This document shows, one piece after another, positions 54,525-64,000 of a stretch of 64,000 bases of DNA (position 1 is the first letter of the stretch; every line of letters starts with the position of its first letter). Under the pieces are notes generated by a model that worked only from the letters and a program-made list of their open reading frames with translations, was not told the origin of the DNA and did no database searches. The position numbers and the translations under genes are program-made. The DNA comes from Octopus vulgaris (lineage: Eukaryota), in contig OX597820.1 of NCBI GenBank assembly GCA_951406725.2, forward strand, positions 77,562,001 through 77,626,000. Reading direction: 5' to 3'.

Positions 54525-54870
54525 TAGTGGTAAGTAGCTTGCTTAACAACAACATGGTTCCGAGTTCAGTCCCACTGCGTGACACCTTGGTCAAGTGCTT
54601 TATTCCCTAGCCTCGGGCCAACAAAAGACATGTAAGTGGATTTGGCAGACTTAAACTGAAAGAAGCCCGTCGTCTATATATATATGTGTGTGTTTGTGTG
54701 TGTGTGTGTGTTTGTTTGCCCCCACCACCACCACCACCACAATCGCTTGACAACCAGCAAGACGGACCGATAGAATAAGTACTAGTCTCACAAAGAATAA
54801 GTCATGGGGTCGATTTGTTCGACTAAAGGCAGTGCTCCAGCATGGCCGCATTTAAATCACAGAATAAAAT
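54525..54870 (+). mobile_element. tRNA-derived SINE (family 2)
   Basis: gtggtaagtagcttgctt..gagttcagtcccactgcgtgacaccttgg. Confidence 0.8.
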
Positions 54871-55525
54871 ATTAAAAGAACAATATTTGATAAGCGGTGC
54901 GAGAGACTTTACCCTGTCTACAATTAAATTAGAAAAATTCTGTTTATCTGTAATCTCTTTTAATGCTTCAATATAGAAAAGGTTGCAAGTGTGTTGAATA
55001 TAGCATTCAATATTGCATTAGAATCCATCCTCTACAGTGGTTCTAGCGAATGTTAAATATTATAATCAAAATTTAATCTGTTGTATTTGGTTAGTTTTCG
55101 GTTATAGGGAAAATTTGTCTGGAAATACAGAAAGCAATGTTTATTCGCTATGCGCATTACATACATACACACTTACAAAGACACACACTGACGAAGGCAA
55201 ACATAGAGCTGGACAAACACACACACACACACACATATAAACACGTGCGCACAAGCACACACATATATATAAGCAGGCACACGCACACAAAAACAAACGC
55301 AAGAATGTGCCCACGCGGATACATTTTCAAACACACCAATATAGTGTCTTCTAAAGTGAAACAAACTCCGGCCGAGTTAGCCGCTTACCACATCAAAAAT
55401 TACTTATCATACACTTGTACATACACATTATATTATATATATTACACTATATTATATAATATATATGTGTGTGTGTGTGTGTATAAATACATACGTATAT
55501 GTATAACGTACATATATATGTGTGT

Positions 55526-55606
<81 letters not shown>

Positions 55607-56336
55607 AATATATATATAAATATATATATAAATAAACACACTCGCCAATTCATGGACACACTGACATCGATTGACAACTACAAAATCTACTTTTATTAAT
55701 CCTCACATTTAAAAAACCCAATAATTCCAACGCCTCATTAACTAAGTTATATATACATTTTATCACGTCTATCGACTTTAGGTGTAGTTTACGTCTTTTA
55801 ATTAATTTATCTGAGAATTTCTATCTTTTCTGCTAAATGTTTACAAATACACAGAGTACGTAGATACTTTTGCTAGGCAATCGCGTTCCTGTGTATTTGT
55901 GACGAAATACCCATAACCATTGAATAGCTTCTTCCATTTTGTATTTTCTGTAGTTTAGTGACGCTTTTAATAAGCAATTCATCAATGTCGGTTTATCTGG
56001 TTTATAAATTTATCATATCGCATAGAAGCGGAAATTGGATGGAATTGGATAGAATGGAATGGAAATAAATTTGTTTAGAGCTCAGTCTTACTAGCTATGA
56101 TGATCATTAACATATCCGAACACACGTACTCACATACACAGGCACGTATAGACACAGAGACACACAGACAAACACATATATATATACACAGGCATGCACA
56201 CACATCTCTCGCATCTCCCTCTCTCCCTCTCTTTTTCACAATATGCGTGTGCGTGCGTGTGTGTGTGCGTGAGTCCATATACACCGAGAATTACATATAG
56301 ATAGATAGATAATTAGATAGATAGATAGATAGATAT

Positions 56337-56381
<45 letters not shown>

Positions 56382-56479
56382 CAGAGAAATAGATTGACAG
56401 TCGGACAGACAGCCAGACAGATAGATAGATAGATGGATGGATGGATAGATAGTTAGAAAGAAAGATAGATAGATAGATG

Positions 56480-56514
<35 letters not shown>

Positions 56515-56515
56515 G

Positions 56516-56589
<74 letters not shown>

Positions 56590-56591
<2 letters not shown>

Positions 56592-58003
56592 TGTTTCTTT
56601 ATTGACCACACAGGGATTAACACAGAGGGGACAAAATACAAAGTAGCGCTTTTATTTTCAGGAAGTAAAGGAGAAAATGTGAGGGTAGAATTTCGATCAA
56701 AAGGGATCGTGGTAAAAGAAAAAGAATCACCAATAATGATCGTGTGTCACAGAAGTATCATAGTGTAAAATGGGAAACAGATTACGTTTATCCGTGGAAA
56801 GAAAAGCCTACGGAAAAGACCACGGTAACCTCGGGTAATAATATCATGCAAAAAACACATTACAGTAAGTGACACTCTTATTCTTTTTCTGATTCATAGG
56901 ACTATGCTCAAGGTGGCTCCGTCATTCAAACATGCCATCCTTGCTACAGTCACCCATCTTTTTTTTTAAAATTCACACGACAAAACTTCCCTCTCTACTC
57001 TCAATTTCCTCTTCAAGTGATACTTGAAGAAGTTGACGAAAGATTGACCAGAGAGGAAAGTGTTTGTCTCTAATCCTTTCAGACGCGTCCACCAGATACA
57101 TTCTTTCGCCATAGCCACAAGTACGATGAACAATGCTCTTCCTTCCCGTTTCAAGGAAGTAGGCGCGACAATATTCACCATAGACTCGGTTGATAAGCCG
57201 ACTCGTCCCACATGCGATAGCAGTCGTTCGACATAGACCGACAGGTCTGAAATGGTTAGACATTGTACGAATGCGTGCAGAACGGTTTCGTCGCTCTGAC
57301 TGCATCTCGAGCAGGCCGGCCGCGTGTTTCTCGAGTCACGCCTGTAGAGCTTATCCCGAATGGGTAGCACTTCTCGATAGCACTGCCAGGCCAGAGGTCT
57401 CTGGAAGTTTGCTATAAGTCCCGGCGCGAAAGTCGTCTTGAACATGTGGGTCAGGTATTCCTCGTCGACGCCCAGCTTCGACCCGAGACATTCCACTAAT
57501 CCCCTATAGAATGCTTTGGTTGTGTTGCAGTCGCTCAAGGTCGACCCGGGACAGCATAATTGCTCGAGAGAAACGCGACACTCGCGGTGCCATTCGCCCT
57601 TCCTCGGCCTTTTTTTGATCCACGACTGCAGTTCGGTCATGGAGACGAACTGCAGAGAAGTGTACCTCACAAACGGCAACCACACCTGTTCACCGTCATC
57701 TACGTAGAGCCGGAGATGTCGCAGTCTCAGCGCGTGTCTGCGTATCATCAACCACGGCATGTCCAGCCTTCATTTTAACGGGTGTTGACAGCAAACAGAT
57801 CACCTGACCATCGGGATGCATCCTTTCCACTAGAAGTGGAAGAGAATGCATTTCAGTTTGGTGATGGTAGGGTCGGGACAAGGCACGAGGGTCAAGCGGT
57901 AGTAGATGACGGACGCGATGTACATGTTCGCCACCTCCGCCCGACCTTTTAGGGACAGCTTCCTCTCGGCCTATTGCCGGGCGAGAGTGACCACCCTACT
58001 CGT
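56590..58003 (-). mobile_element. 5'-truncated L1/Tx1-clade LINE (ORF2 C-terminus and 3' UTR) in (GATA)n
   Basis: Post-RT relic RKLSLKGRAEVANMYIAS; 264-aa ORF with LPIRDKLYR..CSRCSQSDETVLHAFVQC..AKECIWWTR; 3' end AATAAAGAAAC then (ATCT)n. Confidence 0.88.
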
Positions 58004-58019
58004 TAGATAGCTAGCTAGC

Positions 58020-58105
<86 letters not shown>

Positions 58106-58659
58106 TACAAGCAGACATACAGACCAAATAACATGCAGAGACACGAGCATTCATACATATGAATACATTCAAAACTTAACGCTGTGTGAGAAGGTATTCT
58201 ATGTTTCAAGTTTTAGGCGCTTAAGAATCAAGAGCCTTATAATCAGAGTAGCGAACCGCTTGGGGCTACCTCTGAATGATTAATGTTTCTCTGTCCATTG
58301 ATTATTTTCTTCTGCTTAATTGCAACTCACCGGAATGTGCTCTAAACAATACCTTATACAATACAATAATTATCTCTAAACATAATTTGTTCCGCAGTTA
58401 AATCGATACGCTATTACTTCACAATTATATTCTAGCGTACAATTTGCTGTTTAATACAAACATTTAAATAAACCACTTACGCGTATAATGCAGCTTTTAA
58501 CATTCTTAAACGTATAACCGCTCATAACATATAATGAGCTGAAAATATGTCATATTGTAGTACCTTGATTCGTATACTAAGTCTCATTGATCTGCACGTA
58601 TTCCTATTAAAAAAAAATTGACAAACAATATACATTTTAAACTCTCAGGTAAAACATAG

Positions 58660-59280
58660 GCACAGCGCTAGTAATTCGAGGAGTGGGGCAACTGGATTAC
58701 ATCGATCCCAGTTTTCTAATGATAGATTTTTTTATACGACCCCGAAAGAATGAAAGGCAATCTCGAACACGATGGAATTTGAACTTAGAACGAAGGCATG
58801 GACTAAACGTCGCTAAGCATTTAACCCGGAGCGCCAGCGATCTTTCTAGCACGCTGCATTATAATGATATTTGATATTAATAGGATTTCTAAGGTGGCGA
58901 ATTAGCAGAATCATTTACACGGCGGGAAAATGCTTAATGGCGTTTTATCCGACTTCCTGTTCTGAGTTAAAATTCCTCCGATATCGACTTTGCTCTTTAA
59001 TCCTTTCGGGATCGATGGAATAAGTTCCAGTTGAGCGCTGGGGTCGATGTAAACAACTTGCCTCTCACCGAAATTGCTGGCCTTGTGCCAAAATTTGAAA
59101 TTGATGGTAATGAGAATTGTAAATCAGTACGATACCAAAATCGGTAGTACGCCGGTCAAATACTTAGAGCGGCATTTGCCTTTAAACGCTCGGGATCAAC
59201 AATTGAGTACTCGAGACAAGGTAATCGATTATCCCCGCTGCCTATAAAATTACAGGCTTTGTGCGTATAGTAGAATGGTT
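58660..59280. mobile_element. Divergent cluster of Nin-domain SINE relics
   Basis: Minus copy ~58660-58860 (cgaccccgaaagaatgaaaggcaa); plus copies ~58890-59280. Confidence 0.65.
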
Positions 59281-59829
59281 AGTTACACGTTACTTACTAT
59301 TATTTATCATCTAATTTTTCGGGTGATTTCTCTTTATTTTTACCATCATTTTCGCGCTTATTCTGTCACCCACAATTGTAATGTATATTTCCTTCGTCTC
59401 ATTTTATTTCCATATTTTCTTAAATGTATAATTTTCTAAGCATATTGTATCCCTTTGCTTTACAGATTTCTTACATTCACAAATATAACACGAAATGTAA
59501 TTCATACATTTAACCACAAATAAGTACTTAAAATTCCAAGTATATTTATTAAACGTAAGCAGATTTTTACGTATACATATAAAGCCATCTGGGAATTTTA
59601 TTTACGTTTATAAAGCTACAAGTTTATGCATTAAACACAATCCAATATCTATAATCAGTTCCTTAGTTAAATTTCTAGTTACCCTAACTAAATCTAAGTA
59701 TTGCCACTTTACGCATTCTAGAAAATTTAAGCCGTTTTAGGAGAGGGGGTTATAATTGTTTTTGATTATTGGGATTTTAGTATATCATTACCTTACTACA
59801 TCTGATAAGCTGACATGCCAATTTATTTC

Positions 59830-60960
59830 ATTTCAGACCGAAGAAAGCAGCTATAAGAGCATTTTGAACGCACACTACCAGACACTGCTTGTTACAACTG
59901 GTTAGTTTGCAGAATTTCATCGCGACACGAGGAAATTCATCGCGAAGACTTTCATCGCAACGCGAAGAAAACTTTCAATCTCGCTGCGCAATAAAGTTTG
60001 GTGTTACACTGAGCAAAAACGCTTATTTATAGATTCGCTTGTGGCTTGTGCGAGCAGAACATCTGAGGCTTTTTTTTTCTGTCACAAGAGATTCGCAGGT
60101 GGTAGAGAGAAAATGGAGACGATGAGAAGTGCGGGAGGGTAATGGACGTCAGAAGATCAGAACTGTTTGAGAAAATTGGAAATTTTCTGGACGAAACATT
60201 CGGATGTCTGTAAAGACAATAAGGCCAGAGTTTTTTCTTGGGATTGGAACTGAATATAGAATTATCCGTGAAAAGGAAAACAAGCGCAACATTTGTGGCA
60301 AGCTTGTTCCCAGAGTGCTTTGTGATGATCAGAAGGAAAGACGCATTAGTGATTGCAGGGTAATGGTTGGACTCGTAATGGAGTAGTTTTATAAGTGGTG
60401 ACCTGTGACGAAAGTTCGGCCTGCTGTAATGAACTGTAGATCAAAAGACAGACTGCTCAATGGAAACATCCTTATGCACTAGACTCAAGTATGTCAGGCA
60501 AAGCAAGTCTACCGGGAGCTCATGACGACCCTGACTTTGCGACAACAAAGGCATGATCTTCATGCATTGGGTTTCCACTGGCTAGACGCGTCAACAAAGC
60601 AATATTTCATTGGAAAATGCTAGTGCTCTTCCAATATGCTCTGGGGCACCGCACCTGAGCCAAGTCAATGCAGTAGTCCACTACTCCATCCTGGTAACAA
60701 ACTACTTAACAGAGATGGAGATCAAAACTGTCCCTCACTCTCTTTACTGTTCTGTTACCTTTCGTTTCACGAAATTCTAGAACTTCAGGAACAGTCGTTT
60801 TGAGGACATTGAGAATATGAATGCAGCTGTGACACAGCTCCCGGACACCTTTATTCTGGAAGGGGGGATCGTCTTTGGGCCTTCACTAACTGGCTGGAGC
60901 GCTACAGCAAGTGCATTGACGTTAGAGCATACTACATTTTAAGGATATTAAAGTTCTTTT
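59830..60960 (+). mobile_element. Decayed mariner transposase
   Basis: KRNICGKLVPRVLCDDQKERR (WVP motif), VTCDES, downstream IKTVPH-like remnant. Confidence 0.75.
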
Positions 60961-61699
60961 TTTCTTTGAAATTAATGTCTAATTCTATTCACTTTTATTG
61001 ATAGAACATTATTATTACTCACCTTTTTTATATATCTATCACTCTAATTCTATTTAAGTGTGAATTGATTTTCACTTCCTCCTTCATTTCAACTCACCAC
61101 AAACCAATAACTGTTGAAACTCAAAATACCTTATGTCCTTTTCTACCGTTTGATTGACCTTATTACTCTTATTTACAGTTTAATTCGTTTACAAATCATT
61201 TCTCTCACCCAATATTTTATTGAAAGTTCATTTTATCTATGATTATATCTCGAATTCATTTTCCAACTCGTTTTTCATTATTCTTTTTAATTGCTTTCGT
61301 ACCTTTGTTTTACATATAATTGTGACTTTCATTTTATCCAATTTCAAACGTTGATTATTATGATTAACAATAATTATTCAACTAATTCTACGACACAACC
61401 ACCATACAAATACAAATTAGATTCATTTTATTTCCTTAGCCAACGCAACATTCTGATCTCTTTAAGAAATAATCTGGTAGACATTTTTGTATGGTTGTCA
61501 ATATTTTTAATACATAAACTATTTACACCAAAGTCCGTTTCTGTGTAGCTTATGCCGTCGCTCTCTTCTCTAGCTATATTTGTTTTATTGTTTTGTTGTT
61601 TCCTAAACCTTACTGTTAATTTATTTCTCAATAAATCTATATATTAAATACTCAATTCTTTTGAAAACTTTTTGTGGAAAACACTGAGCAATTCTCTCA

Positions 61700-62420
61700 G
61701 TAATCATAGCATTCAGTGAATATATAGACAGAATATATTACTAAGAACTTCGATTAGAGTAAAGGTTGATTGCGTCTGAATTGTATATAAAGTCTCAAAT
61801 CTGATTTCCTCAACCTGTTTGTGAGAATTGAATATGACTGAGGATATTATTAAGTTTGCAATCCACGTTCCATCCTTTGTCACAAGATCGGAAAAAATAC
61901 ATCTTCTATATCTAGTCACAATCCCACGCGATCGGAACAGATTTTCGTCTCTCTTTTTTTAAATTGTGCATCAAATGCTGAGGTACCGTCTTTGCTTACA
62001 CTTTCTGACATCCATCATCTGCTGAAAACAATTGAAACCACAATCTAGTTATGCAGCAAGATAAAGTTTTTTTCGTATCGTCTCTCCGCGGGCATAAATT
62101 TATCCTCTTACTGTGGACTCTTGTGAGTGGTCGCAGATGATGGCCTGCTACTGCTTGGTTTGTCATCCAAACAGTTTTCACCTTTTTAAAACTTCTTTAC
62201 ACATTTGTGCACATTGACAAAAGTGTCATTTCTGTTGAAAATCACTAGAATTCTGAAAATGCTGAACAACCTGCGCACTTTCTCGTCAAGTATTCAATGC
62301 CGGTAGGTTGCTTCTGGTTAGCACTCATTATTTGCCTGCAATGAGGAGCAGAAGGGCTGGTTATTCTATAGGGATACATATTCTACCACCGTGTGCAATT
62401 TCAACGACCTATACCGGGTA
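61700..62420 (-). mobile_element. Decayed mariner transposase
   Basis: KGENCLDDKPSSSRPSS (GRP-like motif) and DLVTKDGTWI (VTGDETW-like). Confidence 0.6.
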
Positions 62421-63210
62421 TTAAATTATTTTGCTCTCATTTACAAAGTTTTTATATATGTATGTACTCGAACACATACACAGACTAATATATTTACCTG
62501 CGTTTGTAAACAGATATATTCACGATATGCATAAAAATTAAATATTCGTTCCCTTTCACATAATTCAATAAAGTCCCCATCCCCTACAAATCGTTGTGGC
62601 TAAGTATCCAATTGCTCTTGAGACACGAGGCACTGTAGATTTCCAAACAACCACGATTATGAAACATACATGGGAACAAATGAATAAAATTTTATTTACC
62701 GTAATTTCTCCTAAAACATAAAAATGAATACACATTTGTGCAAAGGTCAACAAATAAATCTGAAACTCTTAAAGTCTTAAGCTTTGGAGGCGCCTTGAAG
62801 TTACGTAAACGGGAAACGAGGTGGGTAAGTTTTCGATTTGAACTAACACAGTTCAATGTTTTTTTTTTCTTGTAAAGTGGCATTCTATGGTAAATCATAG
62901 GTTACAATATGGAAAATATAGTGTTCGTGTTAGACTTCAGGTATGCTCCATTTACTGGCAAAATTTTTTTGAGAAAACTTTTGTGAAACGTTTGTAAAAA
63001 GCGAAAATCTAGTGTTAAGGTTTTTGCTGGGGTGAAAGTATATTTGTATTTTATTCATGTGAATCTCAATTCACTCTCTTCATATCTCTTCCTTTGTATT
63101 CGTGTATATTTTTAAAAAGAAGTTGTAATTAATCTCTGTCACGGAGCCCTATTATTAAATGCACACAAGGTATGCAAATAAATTCATATTATACACACAC
63201 ACATACATAC

Positions 63211-63269
<59 letters not shown>

Positions 63270-63307
63270 TGTGTGTGTGAGAGAGAGAGTGTGTGTGTGT
63301 GTGTGTG

Positions 63308-63341
<34 letters not shown>

Positions 63342-63344
<3 letters not shown>

Positions 63345-64000
63345 CGACCAAAAGTACAAACATTTAAGAATACTTTAGTTAAGTTTTCCGTAGAATGTGC
63401 TTAAGCATCGTTTTTGATGATGATGTAACGGAGGCCAACTTTTTAGATATTACACTAAATTTGCACAATAATTCTTACTTCCCATACCACAAATCATCGA
63501 CCAATCTTAAGTATATTAGCAAATTCAGTAATCATTCTAGGGCAATTACTTAGAACTTAGTTAAGAATATCTCATTTAGATTGTCTAAATTATCTGCTAA
63601 TGTTGACATTTTCAACGACAAGGCTGAATTTTATAACTCTGCTTTATTTAAAGCAGGTTATACACAGAAAGTTACCTACATTAATTCCATTCAATCTTAT
63701 TCTACATTTACTAATGTAGATATGAAATCTAGTAAGGATATAAACGATATCAATTTTAATTTATACGCCAGCACCAAACAGAGTAAGGGAGATAACCCAT
63801 ATTTAAACCCCTATTTTCGTTCTCAATGTAACTCTATATTATTCAAAGATAGTTACACTAAAAATAAGGTACCTAATAGTAAAATCATTTGGATAAATAT
63901 TCCTTATGGGAGGCGAATTAAATCTAATTTTACTTTGTAGTTTTCTGGAATTATTATTAGGAATTTTCCAAAGAATTCTAGATATTACTCTATTACGAAC
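63342..64000 (+). pseudogene. Penelope-like element RT thumb/linker fragment, runs off the window
   Basis: ANFLDITLNL..YFPYHK..YISKFSNHS..ISFRLSKLSANVDIFNDKAEFYNSALFKAGY..KIIWINIPY; in-frame stops; begins immediately after (TA)n. Confidence 0.8.

Overview
AT-rich, microsatellite-dense eukaryotic DNA with no host protein-coding gene that I can support. The SINE families look like those of octopod cephalopods (inference from recalled repeat families). Nearly all short ORFs in the track are microsatellite artefacts. The window is a stack of mobile elements: (1) a near-intact R4/Dong-clade non-LTR retrotransposon (RT, CCHC, PD..D endonuclease) plus three related fragments, three of the four ending in (TAA)n; the two young copies are nested in an old Gypsy element, which itself appears to split a TAA-tailed repeat; (2) a 5'-truncated L1/Tx1 ORF2 in (GATA)n; (3) ORF1-only (HAL1-like) elements, two in tandem; (4) Helitron, mariner and MITE relics; (5) a Penelope-like RT fragment; (6) three tRNA-SINE families. 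The most striking signal is RNA-level. About a dozen minimal type-I hammerhead ribozyme motifs from several unrelated repeat families occur here, some with non-canonical cores (CUGUUGA, CCGACGA). One recurring composite element joins a tRNA-like Pol III head, a (TAA)n spacer and a hammerhead tail, and occurs in tandem and inverted Penelope-style arrangements, i.e. a candidate retrozyme-like SINE. A 3' tail motif is shared by the Tx1 LINE, the Nin-domain SINE and the tandem ORF1-only elements. Coordinates of degenerate elements are approximate; all alignments were done by eye.
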